From an uncultured virus (IMG/VR IMGVR_UViG_3300046336_000146) (taxonomy: Duplodnaviria; Heunggongvirae; Uroviricota; Caudoviricetes): 64,000 nucleotides of DNA. Shown piece by piece: positions 1 through 9,646 of the stretch. A program made the translations under genes and the position numbers. Each line of letters starts with the position of its first letter. Position 1 is the stretch's first letter. The notes beneath the pieces were generated by a model. That model did no database searches. It was not told where the DNA came from and worked only from the letters and a program-made list of their open reading frames with translations. The stretch lies in IMG/VR virus record IMGVR_UViG_3300046336_000146; one strand, written 5' to 3'.

Positions 1-138
1 AAAAAAAAAAGGTTTTTAAAAAGATGGAGTATTTTTAAAAAACGACTCTAGGAAACATATAGCAATGAATATTGGTTCGATAAATCAAAATAGAGCGCAG
101 GATTTATTATTTAAAATTATTAATGAAAATATACAACG

Positions 139-564
139 ATGGTGGAATTAGTAACAGAGAAATATAGAGATTTTATTTTAGATAACTTCGTAGGAGAAAG
201 TTTAAAAGTAGGAATACCTAAACCATTAGAAGATGGTAGATTGTATTGTATTAAATTAGGTGTAGCAGTCTATATAGAAGTTAAGTTAGAAGTAATTGAG
301 AAGTACAGTCGTTCTTTTAAAGCAAGACTAACATTTGATAGATATGAAATTGAAGAATTATTTTTTACACCTTTAGAATCCGCGCCAACAAAAATAGAAG
401 AGAAGATTGAAAGTAAAATTTCAAAACTTGTTTGCAAGACTTTCTTTGACGATAATAGACATGAAGATATATTGAAAATGTATAAAGAAGAGGAAGAAAA
501 GAGAAATAGTTTTATTATTTCTGCACTAAATAAACTAAAGATAGATGAAAGAGGTGATTTATAG
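139..564 (+). CDS. hypothetical phage protein
   Basis: 141-aa ORF, co-oriented and overlapping the next gene. Confidence 0.7.
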   Translation: MVELVTEKYRDFILDNFVGESLKVGIPKPLEDGRLYCIKLGVAVYIEVKLEVIEKYSRSFKARLTFDRYEIEELFFTPLESAPTKIEEKIESKISKLVCKTFFDDNRHEDILKMYKEEEEKRNSFIISALNKLKIDERGDL

Positions 565-817
565 GCATTATAGAAATGGCAACAATTACCAAATAGTAAA
601 CATGTGCCTAATTCAAAACAATAATGGAGATTGGGTTGATGCAGTTTTATATAAAGAATTAGGAGGTAACTTATTATTTTGTCGCGAAGAAAAAGAATTT
701 GAAGAAAAGTTTAAATTAGTAGAATCTATAGACAGCATGCAAAAATACAAAGGAATATACAATATATGTTTGAATAAAATAGAAGACTTACTAAATTCGG
801 CGGAAAAAGTAAAATAA
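545..817 (+). CDS. DUF1653-like small phage protein
   Basis: YRHYRNGNNYQIV...VLYKEL...LFCRE..EFEEKF pattern typical of DUF1653. Confidence 0.7.
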   Translation: MKEVIYRHYRNGNNYQIVNMCLIQNNNGDWVDAVLYKELGGNLLFCREEKEFEEKFKLVESIDSMQKYKGIYNICLNKIEDLLNSAEKVK

Positions 818-823
818 AAACAG

Positions 824-1072
824 ATGAAAGAAAAAATAAGAGACATATATCATTTATCAATATTTCCACTTACTACTGTGGTAGTACTAATAATAAATAT
901 TTTAGTAATTAAAAATACGCCTGACCACGAGTTATTTACCATGACAGAAGAGGAATATGTAGAAAGAACTTCCACCGTATGTGAAGATACCTTTTATAAA
1001 CCTTTAAAGACTGTTCTAGATATTTTAGCGACAATTTCGTGGGGATTAATAATTAATTGGTTGTTTTTATAG
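824..1072 (+). CDS. small membrane protein
   Basis: 82 aa with two hydrophobic segments. Confidence 0.6.
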   Translation: MKEKIRDIYHLSIFPLTTVVVLIINILVIKNTPDHELFTMTEEEYVERTSTVCEDTFYKPLKTVLDILATISWGLIINWLFL

Positions 1073-1127
1073 GGATTTCGCGCCAAAAACAATAAAAAGA
1101 AAGAGTCTTAAAGATAAATAATTAGGT

Positions 1128-1571
1128 ATGGAATATAATTTAAATAAATGGTATATTGTTGATATTGAAGCCAAAGGACTTCTTCCTGACTTAAAGTCAT
1201 ACGAAGACTTACATTGTGTATCTGTAGGGTGGGAGTGTAATGGAGGATTTAAAGTTAAATCAACAAATAAGGAAGAGGATATTGCAAAAGTTTTTGAAAA
1301 TCCTGATAATACAATTGTTGGTCATTTCTTTTTAGCTTATGATTTACCTGCTTTAAAAATAATGTTTCCTAATATAAAATTTAAAGCTAAAATTATAGAT
1401 TCATTAGCTATCAGCCACTACCTTTATAATGATAGATTAAAGCACGGTTTGGAAGATTATGGCATTGAGTTTGGTTTTGAAAAGGTTAAGATTGAGGCTG
1501 ATGAATGGGTTGGTATTGGACAAGAGGCAGAGAAAATAATAAAATATTATGAAGAACAGAGAGGAACATAG
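1128..1571 (+). CDS. DNA polymerase family A, N-terminal fragment (3'-5' exonuclease motifs ExoI and ExoII)
   Basis: IVDIEAKG (ExoI), IVGHFFLAYDLPAL (ExoII-like), IIDSL and HGLEDYG as in T7-like Pol exonuclease domains; ExoIII is absent from this ORF. Confidence 0.85.
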   Translation: MEYNLNKWYIVDIEAKGLLPDLKSYEDLHCVSVGWECNGGFKVKSTNKEEDIAKVFENPDNTIVGHFFLAYDLPALKIMFPNIKFKAKIIDSLAISHYLYNDRLKHGLEDYGIEFGFEKVKIEADEWVGIGQEAEKIIKYYEEQRGT

Positions 1572-2115
1572 ATTATATTCAACTTGGAAGAGTATGAGGT
1601 CAAGGTGTAATAATCCAAATGTGTGGTGTTATTATAGATATGGAGGCAGAAATATAAAAATTTGTGACAGATGGGATGACTTTCTATTATTTGTAGAAGA
1701 TATGTGGGAATCGTTTGAAGAAGGTTTAACTTTAGATAGAATAGATACTGATGGAGACTATTGTCCTGAGAATTGTAGATGGGCTACTAAGGAAGAGCAG
1801 TCTAATAATAAAATAGATAGTTTAAGTTTATACTTTGAAGGTCAATATTATACAGAGGCTCAATTAGCAAGAAAAACTGGGGTTAATAGAACCACTATTC
1901 AACAAAGAAGAAATAGAGGTTGGACAGTTGAAGAGATGGTTTATGGAAAAGAGGGTAGTAAGAATAATAAACCATTATCTTTATTCTTTGAAGGGAAAGA
2001 GTTTTCATTAACCGATTTATCTAAATATACAGGTATAGATAAGTCAACACTTAGGTATAGACTTTTTAAGAAAAATTTAAATATAGAGGAGGCTACTTAT
2101 GATAGAAAGTACTAA
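1549..2115 (+). CDS. HNH homing endonuclease inserted in the DNA polymerase gene
   Basis: WKSMRSRC..YGGRNIKICDRW...TLDRIDTDGDYCPENCRWAT..EQSNN HNH-type core plus two C-terminal HTH-like repeats. Confidence 0.9.
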   Translation: MKNREEHRLYSTWKSMRSRCNNPNVWCYYRYGGRNIKICDRWDDFLLFVEDMWESFEEGLTLDRIDTDGDYCPENCRWATKEEQSNNKIDSLSLYFEGQYYTEAQLARKTGVNRTTIQQRRNRGWTVEEMVYGKEGSKNNKPLSLFFEGKEFSLTDLSKYTGIDKSTLRYRLFKKNLNIEEATYDRKY

Positions 2116-3766
2116 ACTAACATTAGAAGAATTTAAAGGACTACCTTTAGAAAAACAAACAGAGGTTTATAAAAAATTAAAGGAGCAAAAGGAGGCACAT
2201 TATAACTTAATGGTTGAGAGATGCCAAAGAGACTGTCTTATTAATTATTATGTTTGGAAAAAAGAGTTAGCTCTTTTAAGAGAGCTCTATACAAATGATG
2301 AAGAGATTCATTCCCCTATATCCCGTGCCAATTTTAAAATGACCCTTCTCAATATTCAAGAAGAGAATAAAATAAAACTTGATGTTGAACTTTGTAAAAA
2401 AAACCTAGCATATTTAGAAAATATTATTTCTGAAAAGGTGGAAGAGTTGAAAACAATTATGCCAAAAATTCCTGTAAAGGTAACAAGAAAAAAACCTAAA
2501 ACTTTATATAAAAAAACAGGTGGACTTTCAGTGGCTGGAGAAAATTGGATGCGACTTATAAAGGGATGTAATTTATCTGAAGATTATGATGGAATTATTG
2601 AAGAAGTTGTAAAATATGAAGAACCTAATCCTTCAAGTTCAACACAAATGAAAGCCTATTTAATATCAAAGGGATGGAAGGCTAAATTATTTAAAGATGG
2701 AGCAAATGGAAAAGTTCCACAATTGAGAGATGATAATAAGGAGTTATGTAGTAGTATTAAGGAGTTAATTAAAACTGTTCCTGAGTTAGAAGCTTTAGAT
2801 GGACTGTCCGTTGCTCAACATAGAGCAGGTTATTTAAAGGCTTTTTTAGACACTATGACAGAGGATGGATATGTAACAGCTTCTTGGTCTGGGATGGCAA
2901 AAACATGGCGTGTAAAACATGGAAAACCTATAGTGAACCTACCTTCAAACAACTCTCAACATGGAGAACTTGTTAGAAGTTGTTTAATTGCACCTAAGGG
3001 AAAATTATTTGTAAATGCGGATCTAAGTTCTTTAGAAGATAAAACCAAGCAATGTTCTATTTATCCTTATGCTCCTGAATACGTAGAAACTTTAAACACT
3101 CCTGGATATGATGCTCACCTAGCTATTGGTTTAAAAGCAGGATTCCTTTCTCAAGAGGAGGTTGACTTCTTTAATTGGTACAAGAAAGATAATAAAAGTA
3201 AAGAAGATTTACCTGAAATATTTAAAGTATACACAGATGAAGAATTAAGTGTGCAATTTAAAAAAATATCTAAGATTCGTAAATCGTCCAAAGTGGTAAA
3301 TTACGCCTGTACCTACTCAGCATCTCCTAAAAAGATTGCAGAAACAGCAGAAATTAGCTTAAAAGAGGCTCAAACTTTACATAAAGCATATTGGGACACA
3401 AATATAAGCATTAAACAATATACAGACAGTTTAATGGTAAAAGTAGTTGACGGGAGGAATTGGATTTATAACCCTTTTACAAAATTATGGTTAATTTTAA
3501 CGGCAGACCATATTAAATTTTCGGCATGTAATCAAAACTTTGGAGCCTGTGTGTTTGACACTTTTTTATGGTTTTTAATTCAAGCAGGAGTTAAGCCTAT
3601 TATGACTATACATGACGAATTATCTTTTTATATCGACGAAGGGCAAGAAGATTGGGCAAGAAAGGTTATAAAAGAGAGCATGGATAAAGTTAATAAAGTG
3701 TTTAATCAACCTATTAAGTTTGAGTCTGAACCTGAATTTGCAGATTCTTATGGAAGTGTTCACTAA
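2099..3766 (+). CDS. DNA polymerase family A, C-terminal fragment (ExoIII plus polymerase domain)
   Basis: ExoIII-like ERCQRD, motif A ADLSSLEDK, motif B RKSSKVVNYACTY, motif C IHDEL. Confidence 0.92.
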   Translation: MIESTKLTLEEFKGLPLEKQTEVYKKLKEQKEAHYNLMVERCQRDCLINYYVWKKELALLRELYTNDEEIHSPISRANFKMTLLNIQEENKIKLDVELCKKNLAYLENIISEKVEELKTIMPKIPVKVTRKKPKTLYKKTGGLSVAGENWMRLIKGCNLSEDYDGIIEEVVKYEEPNPSSSTQMKAYLISKGWKAKLFKDGANGKVPQLRDDNKELCSSIKELIKTVPELEALDGLSVAQHRAGYLKAFLDTMTEDGYVTASWSGMAKTWRVKHGKPIVNLPSNNSQHGELVRSCLIAPKGKLFVNADLSSLEDKTKQCSIYPYAPEYVETLNTPGYDAHLAIGLKAGFLSQEEVDFFNWYKKDNKSKEDLPEIFKVYTDEELSVQFKKISKIRKSSKVVNYACTYSASPKKIAETAEISLKEAQTLHKAYWDTNISIKQYTDSLMVKVVDGRNWIYNPFTKLWLILTADHIKFSACNQNFGACVFDTFLWFLIQAGVKPIMTIHDELSFYIDEGQEDWARKVIKESMDKVNKVFNQPIKFESEPEFADSYGSVH

Positions 3767-3819
3767 TATTAATTAAACAAATTAACTACAGAATTTTATT
3801 TAAAATCATTATAAATAAC

Positions 3820-3862
3820 ATCCCCCTTGAAATTTTTATAATTTTTCTTGGGGGGATTTTTT
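3820..3862 (+). terminator. intrinsic terminator after the polymerase
   Basis: ATCCCCC...GGGGGAT stem followed by a T run. Confidence 0.75.
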
Positions 3863-3890
3863 GTTTATATCAATTTTTTAACTATATTTG
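3860..3890 (+). promoter_or_regulatory. Bacteroidetes sigma-type promoter (-33/-7)
   Basis: TTTG 3860-3863, 19-nt spacer, TATATTTG 3883-3890. Confidence 0.75.
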
Positions 3891-3910
3891 CATAACAAAA
3901 ATAAATAATT

Positions 3911-4504
3911 ATGAATTTACAAGAACTAAGACAACAGATTTACGACAGGCACGACATTTACTGTAATCAAAAATATGCAGATAACTTACCTTATAGTTTT
4001 CACATAAAGTGTGTTGAAGCTCAAGGAGAAAAATTTCTACATTTAATACAAGAAGATAAACATAAAGATTTTAAAGAACGGCACGTGTTTAATCTTAAAA
4101 ACAGCTTCTCACAAGGAGTTTTATACGTAGATATTATTAAATTGGCACTTTCAGCACACGATTTAATAGAAGATGCAAGAATGACTTATAATGATATTAA
4201 AGCTTTATCTTCTAAGTTATGGAATACTTCAGCGGGAGAAATGGTGGCAGATATTGTTTATACAGTAACTGATGAGAAAGGAAAAACTAGAAAAGAAAGA
4301 AAGTCTGATAAGTATTATAAAGAGCTTTCTGAAAACAAATTTGCTGTCTTTGTTAAACTTTCTGATATTTCGGCGAACACTTTGTTTAGTAAACTAACAG
4401 GCAGTTCTATGTACTTTAAATATAAAGCAGAGTTTGCGAATTTTAAAGAGAAGTGTTATGTTGAGGAGTATGAAGAATTTTTTAATTACCTAGAAAAACT
4501 TTAA
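3911..4504 (+). CDS. HD-domain phosphohydrolase, SpoT/Mesh1-like (small alarmone hydrolase-like)
   Basis: H..Q.Y...PY..H, AHDLIEDA, VTDEKGKTRKERK, VKLSD motifs of RelA/SpoT HD domains. Confidence 0.8.
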   Translation: MNLQELRQQIYDRHDIYCNQKYADNLPYSFHIKCVEAQGEKFLHLIQEDKHKDFKERHVFNLKNSFSQGVLYVDIIKLALSAHDLIEDARMTYNDIKALSSKLWNTSAGEMVADIVYTVTDEKGKTRKERKSDKYYKELSENKFAVFVKLSDISANTLFSKLTGSSMYFKYKAEFANFKEKCYVEEYEEFFNYLEKL

Positions 4505-4508
4505 AATT

Positions 4509-4682
4509 ATGAAAGAGCTTTGGATAAAATACAAATTTGGAAAAACTAATCCTCCCAAACCAGGAAAATATTTAATTTATAGAGAAAAATGTGATAAATG
4601 GCATACAGAAATTTGGAATGGAAATGGATGGGCAAGTAATAATAATGACATTTCTCACTATATGAATGTTGTTACACCTTAA
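4509..4682 (+). CDS. small phage protein (DUF551-like), not in ORF track
   Basis: ATG4509-TAA4682: MKELWIKYKFGKTNPPKPGKYLIYREK...WNGNGW...ISHYMNVVTP. Confidence 0.65.
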   Translation: MKELWIKYKFGKTNPPKPGKYLIYREKCDKWHTEIWNGNGWASNNNDISHYMNVVTP

Positions 4683-4872
4683 AAGAATGGTTATGACATA
4701 CATCAGATTAAAAACAGTAGAAGAATTTAAGCAAGTGATGGAAGACTATGGAAGAGATTGGAGACCTTACTTGTGGCAAACTTTTAAAGAAGACACTTGT
4801 TACATTCCTCTAGAAAATTGTTTCATTAGTTTAGATAGAGCTGTTAGGTTAGGTTATTTAGAACAACTTTAA
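4666..4872 (+). CDS. hypothetical protein (start possibly at 4693)
   Basis: ORF in a gene-dense + strand run. Confidence 0.55.
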   Translation: MLLHLKRMVMTYIRLKTVEEFKQVMEDYGRDWRPYLWQTFKEDTCYIPLENCFISLDRAVRLGYLEQL

Positions 4873-4885
4873 ATAACAGTTTTTA

Positions 4886-4917
4886 TTTGCTTTTTAAGTT
4901 TTTTCGCCGTATTTTTG
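4886..4917 (+). promoter_or_regulatory. Bacteroidetes sigma-type promoter
   Basis: TTTG 4886-4889, 20-nt spacer, TATTTTTG 4910-4917. Confidence 0.7.
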
Positions 4918-4937
4918 TAAAATAAAATTAAATAGAT

Positions 4938-5162
4938 ATGAGGAGAACAATAATGTTTAGTACCGCAATAGTCAGTGGCTACGATAAAGAGGCTGTAGTA
5001 GATATCCTACCTGAGTTAGAAGAACATTTCACACAAAGAAAAACGTACAATGAGTACTATTTTAGAGACACAATGATTGATTTAGATTTGGAAACTTTAG
5101 ATTTACTTTCAAGTGAATATAAATTAACTTTATCGTTTGACGATTTAATAATATACGTATAA
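4938..5162 (+). CDS. hypothetical protein
   Basis: 74-aa acidic ORF downstream of a promoter. Confidence 0.65.
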   Translation: MRRTIMFSTAIVSGYDKEAVVDILPELEEHFTQRKTYNEYYFRDTMIDLDLETLDLLSSEYKLTLSFDDLIIYV

Positions 5163-5164
5163 TT

Positions 5165-5365
5165 ATGCAATTAACAGTAAACGATTACAACATAGTAATA
5201 GACGGAGAATGGTCAGGAAAGTACTATCCTGCTACTAGAGAAACTCCTGAAGAAAGAGAAGAGTTTGAAATTCATGCAGTATGTTTAGAGGATAGCGAGA
5301 TAAATATTTTAGGTATTATTTCTCAAGATTTTTTGGCGGATATTTATAACGAGATATATAGGTAA
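5165..5365 (+). CDS. hypothetical acidic protein
   Basis: 66 aa, tightly packed operon. Confidence 0.65.
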   Translation: MQLTVNDYNIVIDGEWSGKYYPATRETPEEREEFEIHAVCLEDSEINILGIISQDFLADIYNEIYR

Positions 5366-5367
5366 TC

Positions 5368-5811
5368 ATGGAAAAATATTATAAGAAGGTTGGTAAAAGA
5401 TACTATGAAATTGAATATCCTAGATTTGGAGATATAGACTTCATAGAATTTAGTTTTTTAGTTGAAGCTTGTTTTGGAAAACGTCCTATAGCTAGGTCTA
5501 TGTTTTTCGAAAGAGTTATTGATGAGTATTATCATATTTTAACTCAAAATGAGAGAGACCGTTTGTTTGAATGGTTAAATAAAAATCCTTCTTTTAATTA
5601 TGAGTTATTGAATGATGAGGAATCTTGTCTTTTGTTTAATGCGCGCTTTGACAAAAATAATCAATATATTACTACAACAGAATATAAAGGAGAAGAGAAT
5701 GCGCATGAAACCTTTAAATTTAAAGGTAGATACTGCACAGCTAAAAATCATTTTGTAAATAATGAGTATATTATTAAAGTAGAAAAAATATTCAAAGATG
5801 AGAACAACTAA
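5368..5811 (+). CDS. hypothetical protein
   Basis: 147-aa ORF, operon packing. Confidence 0.7.
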   Translation: MEKYYKKVGKRYYEIEYPRFGDIDFIEFSFLVEACFGKRPIARSMFFERVIDEYYHILTQNERDRLFEWLNKNPSFNYELLNDEESCLLFNARFDKNNQYITTTEYKGEENAHETFKFKGRYCTAKNHFVNNEYIIKVEKIFKDENN

Positions 5812-6055
5812 GAAAGAAGAACAGATACTGTTAGAAGTTTACAGAGCAATATACTGGGAAATAGGTGTAAATCTTGATGAACTTATAGAAAGCGGAGAAA
5901 CTAAAAAACAAGGTTGGTTTTTAAATTACTGTTTACCTGATTCGCGTCAAAAAGAAATAATAGAGAGTGTACTTAAAGATAAAAAATTATCTAAATGGAA
6001 ACAGAAAGCTATATTTAATACTTTGTACTTAGGTGCGTTACCAAAAAGTTGTTAA
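5798..6055 (+). CDS. hypothetical protein
   Basis: 85-aa ORF overlapping its neighbours. Confidence 0.65.
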   Translation: MRTTKKEEQILLEVYRAIYWEIGVNLDELIESGETKKQGWFLNYCLPDSRQKEIIESVLKDKKLSKWKQKAIFNTLYLGALPKSC

Positions 6056-7017
6056 TGCCTACTATTACAAACAAAATTTCAAAAAAAACTACTCAAATAA
6101 TGGAGAATTTTATAGATACAATTACCTTCCAGTATTACGAGGCTGATATAAAGAAAATACGTCCAAAAGGTGATATAACCTTAAGACAATTTATTAACGC
6201 AACTATAAGCCCAAAAGATAGCTTAAAAGAGACATTTAATAAAATTGAAGAGGCTTCTTTAGCGGGGAATAAGGAATTAAAAGCAGAACTTAAAAAAGGC
6301 TTATTTGCTGTTACTCCTTGTGTACAAATTAAAGGGGTTCGTAACTATGAGGGGATAAAATCGTTTAACAACATTTTGGTAATTGAATATGATGGAATTC
6401 AATTTGCAGACGAACTACGCGATTACATATTTTCAAAATTTAAAAGTTGTGTATTTGCTTTTATCTCACCAAGTAAAGGCGGTTGTAAGTTCATATTTCG
6501 TATCAAGCCTGTAAATTCTATTTTAGAGTTTAAAGAACTGTTTTTCGGATTAGCTCACGAATTAGATAAATTCATAAATTTAGATATAAGCGGTGCTAAT
6601 TGTGTGCTCCCTTTGTTCATCAGTTGGGACGCAGAAGCTAAAATTCGAGAGAATCCTATAGAATGGTCTCAAAGAGGTTATAAAGAAGGAAGTTTTATTC
6701 CTTATGAAGGTACTTTTGAAACGCCCGAAGATGTAAACGAAGAAGACAGACAAGAGGTTATAAATAAAATTACTTACTTGTTTAACAAAATTGAGAATAA
6801 CGGTCATCCTCAATGCGTGAAATACTCCGCCTTAATGGGAGGATTTGTAGCTAGTTCTTATATTTCTTATGACGAAGCTTATGACTTACTAATGGAGCTT
6901 ATTGAGAACAACGAGTACCTTTCAAAAGATACGAATAATTATAAAACGACTAGTAAGACAATGCTTTCACGAGGTATGTCAAGCCCAATTTTATTAAAAC
7001 GACACGAAAATGAGTAA
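6049..7017 (+). CDS. VirE N-terminal (BT4734-like) / primase-polymerase-like protein
   Basis: LKKGLFAVTP...R...ILVIEYD...FAFISPSKGGCK...D..G....LFISWD pattern of VirE_N. Confidence 0.7.
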   Translation: MLMPTITNKISKKTTQIMENFIDTITFQYYEADIKKIRPKGDITLRQFINATISPKDSLKETFNKIEEASLAGNKELKAELKKGLFAVTPCVQIKGVRNYEGIKSFNNILVIEYDGIQFADELRDYIFSKFKSCVFAFISPSKGGCKFIFRIKPVNSILEFKELFFGLAHELDKFINLDISGANCVLPLFISWDAEAKIRENPIEWSQRGYKEGSFIPYEGTFETPEDVNEEDRQEVINKITYLFNKIENNGHPQCVKYSALMGGFVASSYISYDEAYDLLMELIENNEYLSKDTNNYKTTSKTMLSRGMSSPILLKRHENE

Positions 7018-7111
7018 CCTATTAAAACTATTGCAACCAAAAGAATACAAGTCTAAAATAAAATTGTATTGTAAAGATTCAGAATTCATAATAAAAAAAT
7101 ATAACAATTCT

Positions 7112-7143
7112 TTTGGTGATGTGGAAAATAAGTCGTACATTAG
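7112..7143 (+). promoter_or_regulatory. probable Bacteroidetes promoter (one mismatch)
   Basis: TTTG 7112-7115, 20-nt spacer, TACATTAG 7136-7143. Confidence 0.45.
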
Positions 7144-7164
7144 CCGAATAAAAATATTAGAGAT

Positions 7165-7347
7165 ATGAAACTACAATTAGATTTTTATAAAAGCACAGGT
7201 AAATGGTATACTAGAGATATTGTTGAAATTGAAGATTTAGACAGCGATTTAATTAGTAGATATCCTTATTACACTGACATGGATTATACTGTTCATATTA
7301 TTGCATCAGACGGAGTATTACAACCTTATAGATTATTTAAGAGATGA
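7165..7347 (+). CDS. hypothetical protein
   Basis: 60-aa ORF. Confidence 0.6.
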   Translation: MKLQLDFYKSTGKWYTRDIVEIEDLDSDLISRYPYYTDMDYTVHIIASDGVLQPYRLFKR

Positions 7348-7580
7348 AAGAAGTAATTAAACAAACACTGTACACAATCTTAGACGTAACAGGATTGTGG
7401 TGGGATGGTTCTTTTGAATATTATCAAGAGAAAAGTAAAAAAGTAGACTGTTACTTTCACTGTAGAAAAAACATTTATACAGGTAAGAAGTACTTTAGAA
7501 CTGTGCATTTTATTTTTGATTGGCGCGACACTAATGAGTGGATAGAATACGAAGGAAAAATTGATAATATTCTAAATTAG
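7344..7580 (+). CDS. hypothetical protein
   Basis: 78 aa, ATGA overlap with the previous gene. Confidence 0.6.
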   Translation: MKEVIKQTLYTILDVTGLWWDGSFEYYQEKSKKVDCYFHCRKNIYTGKKYFRTVHFIFDWRDTNEWIEYEGKIDNILN

Positions 7581-7582
7581 TT

Positions 7583-7753
7583 ATGAAAATAGAGAGAAAA
7601 GAAGGTAAGTTTAGAGATGCTGTAGTTATATATTTTGATCTAGAATACTCAGATATTTCTCTGTACTCTTTAACTATAATTGATGCCTATAGAACGCCTT
7701 CAGCTAAGATTATTACGGAAGAAGAATTGGAAAGTTTTTTAAAAGATTGGTAA
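7583..7753 (+). CDS. small hypothetical protein, not in ORF track
   Basis: ATG7583-TAA7753, MKIERKEGKFRDAVV...FLKDW; fills the gap between neighbours. Confidence 0.6.
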   Translation: MKIERKEGKFRDAVVIYFDLEYSDISLYSLTIIDAYRTPSAKIITEEELESFLKDW

Positions 7754-7755
7754 CT

Positions 7756-8241
7756 ATGAGAACACAAGAAAAACTCGAGGAAGTGGTAGAACTACTAAAA
7801 ACTGAATGGGAGTTGAGTAATTTAGAAGAATATATTTTAGATTCTGTTTTAACTTTAATAGGAAATAAAAAGGAAAAAGAATTGAAACAGCTTTCGCATT
7901 TATTAAATGAAGAAGAGGAAGAGTTATTAGTAACCTTACCTCAAAGAATTGTAGAAAACTATGCTTGCTACAATTTTGATTTAGTTTCTTCTCACTCTGA
8001 ATCTGACTTAGTAGACGCTTTAGAAGATGTGAATTTTGATTTTTGTAGTAAGATTTCAGAAGACACTATGATAGAAAGTTTAGAGTATGACGGATGGATA
8101 ATTACTAAAGAAGGAGATAATGCAGAGCTTAGTAATTTTGACTATGTTGACAATCTTCTTTTTCAAGATATTTATAACAAGTTTGAAGCTGCAGGCATGA
8201 TCCAAAGAAAAGAGTTAAGAGATAAATTTTTAAACTTGTAA
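7756..8241 (+). CDS. acidic hypothetical protein
   Basis: ATG7756 (MRTQEK) follows the previous stop; the ORF track starts at TTG7747. Confidence 0.7.
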   Translation: MRTQEKLEEVVELLKTEWELSNLEEYILDSVLTLIGNKKEKELKQLSHLLNEEEEELLVTLPQRIVENYACYNFDLVSSHSESDLVDALEDVNFDFCSKISEDTMIESLEYDGWIITKEGDNAELSNFDYVDNLLFQDIYNKFEAAGMIQRKELRDKFLNL

Positions 8242-8242
8242 T

Positions 8243-8836
8243 ATGAAGGTATTAAAAAAGATAAAATGGTTTTTTAAGGATTTTGAATGGATGAAAGTAT
8301 ATTTTTCACCTTTTAAACCACCAATTCCTAAATTTTACATAGGTAAAGTAGCTATTGGAACTCCTTATTTTTATCCAAGAGTTTGGGTAAAAGCTACTCC
8401 TGAAAAAGCTAGAAAGGCGGCTCTTGAACAAATCGAGAGAATTGAAAAATATGGCCATAAAACAAGAAGTTTTGATGAAATATATCAAGAAAAATTAAGA
8501 TGCGTATTTCACGAACCTAAGAAAATAGGCTTTGATTTTGTTCCTATGCGTTGGAAAACAAAATGGAAAGACACTGACTACAGATATGAATCTCCAGCTA
8601 TTTGGTCTTTTGTATTTTTTAAGTGGCAAATTGCTGTTACTTTTTGTGCTGTAGAGGCTTATCATTTTTGGGAAGCATATCTTTATTACAGTAGAAATAC
8701 AAAAGGCAGTACTAGAGATAGAATAAAACAAGCTAGAAAAGAATTTCCATGTATTTGGAAAAGTACAAGAGATGGTGTAGAAACAACAACATGTTATTGG
8801 GGTTTAATTTTAAAAAATAAATTTAGATATAAATAG
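8243..8836 (+). CDS. hypothetical phage protein (aromatic/basic)
   Basis: 197-aa ORF. Confidence 0.7.
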   Translation: MKVLKKIKWFFKDFEWMKVYFSPFKPPIPKFYIGKVAIGTPYFYPRVWVKATPEKARKAALEQIERIEKYGHKTRSFDEIYQEKLRCVFHEPKKIGFDFVPMRWKTKWKDTDYRYESPAIWSFVFFKWQIAVTFCAVEAYHFWEAYLYYSRNTKGSTRDRIKQARKEFPCIWKSTRDGVETTTCYWGLILKNKFRYK

Positions 8837-8843
8837 AAGGTAT

Positions 8844-9230
8844 ATGGAGAAATTTTTAATAAGAAACGCAGTATTGTGTTTATCTTGCGGGGATGTGTTA
8901 GAATCTGTGACTGTTCATGATCATAAAATGTGTAGTTGCTTTAATGATACTTTTATTGATGGTGGATTAGACTATAGAAGATTTGGAGGAGTTAATTTAG
9001 AATTAGTTGAAGACTTAAGTGTGTATAGCGACGCGCCTTTTGAAACCATTAGACAATTTTTATTTAGAGGAGGCCGAGGAAAAAGTGGAAAAGAAGAACT
9101 AACCTATGTTCTACTTAAAGATATGGATATAAATTGGTTAGAAAATGTGATAAAATACGAAGAAGAATTTAGGCCAAATAATAAATATTTACAATTTTAT
9201 AAACAAGAACTAAATTTTAGAAAAAAATGA
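8844..9230 (+). CDS. Cys/His zinc-binding conserved phage protein
   Basis: NAVLCLSCGDVLES..HD...CSC....DGG..Y.R pattern widespread in phages. Confidence 0.75.
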   Translation: MEKFLIRNAVLCLSCGDVLESVTVHDHKMCSCFNDTFIDGGLDYRRFGGVNLELVEDLSVYSDAPFETIRQFLFRGGRGKSGKEELTYVLLKDMDINWLENVIKYEEEFRPNNKYLQFYKQELNFRKK

Positions 9231-9646
9231 TAAAAAATTTAAACTTAGAAAATTTGTGGCAAATTTGTGTCACTGTATCTAAAAAAGAAGAGAAACTTAA
9301 TGAGAATGGAAAATATCCTTGCTTATTAGGTCATTTTTCTTCGTTTGATTCAACTATGTCTTTTGAAGGCTTTTTAGATTATTACTCTTTTAGAATAAAA
9401 GACGATACAGTAGTTGTTTTTAACGACGATAAATTTCCATATGAAGATTTTGGAGCAGATGATTTTTCATATGTTCCTACTTATCTTCTAGAAACCAGTG
9501 AAAAATCTTTAGAAGAGTGGATAAAAAAAGAGGTAGAAAATTCTTTAATTAGAAAAAAAGAAGAAAATTTGGCGCAAAAAGAAAATATAAAAAGACAAAT
9601 AGAAAGATTAAATAAAGAACTAGAAACATTAAACAACTTAATATAA
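9227..9646 (+). CDS. hypothetical protein with C-terminal coiled coil
   Basis: 139-aa ORF, ATGA overlap. Confidence 0.7.
   Translation: MIKNLNLENLWQICVTVSKKEEKLNENGKYPCLLGHFSSFDSTMSFEGFLDYYSFRIKDDTVVVFNDDKFPYEDFGADDFSYVPTYLLETSEKSLEEWIKKEVENSLIRKKEENLAQKENIKRQIERLNKELETLNNLI

Noticed and set aside
1500..2150. Group I intron or intein in the polymerase
   Set aside because: The ORFs overlap with no non-coding core; no Cys/Ser...His-Asn intein ends; the frames differ.
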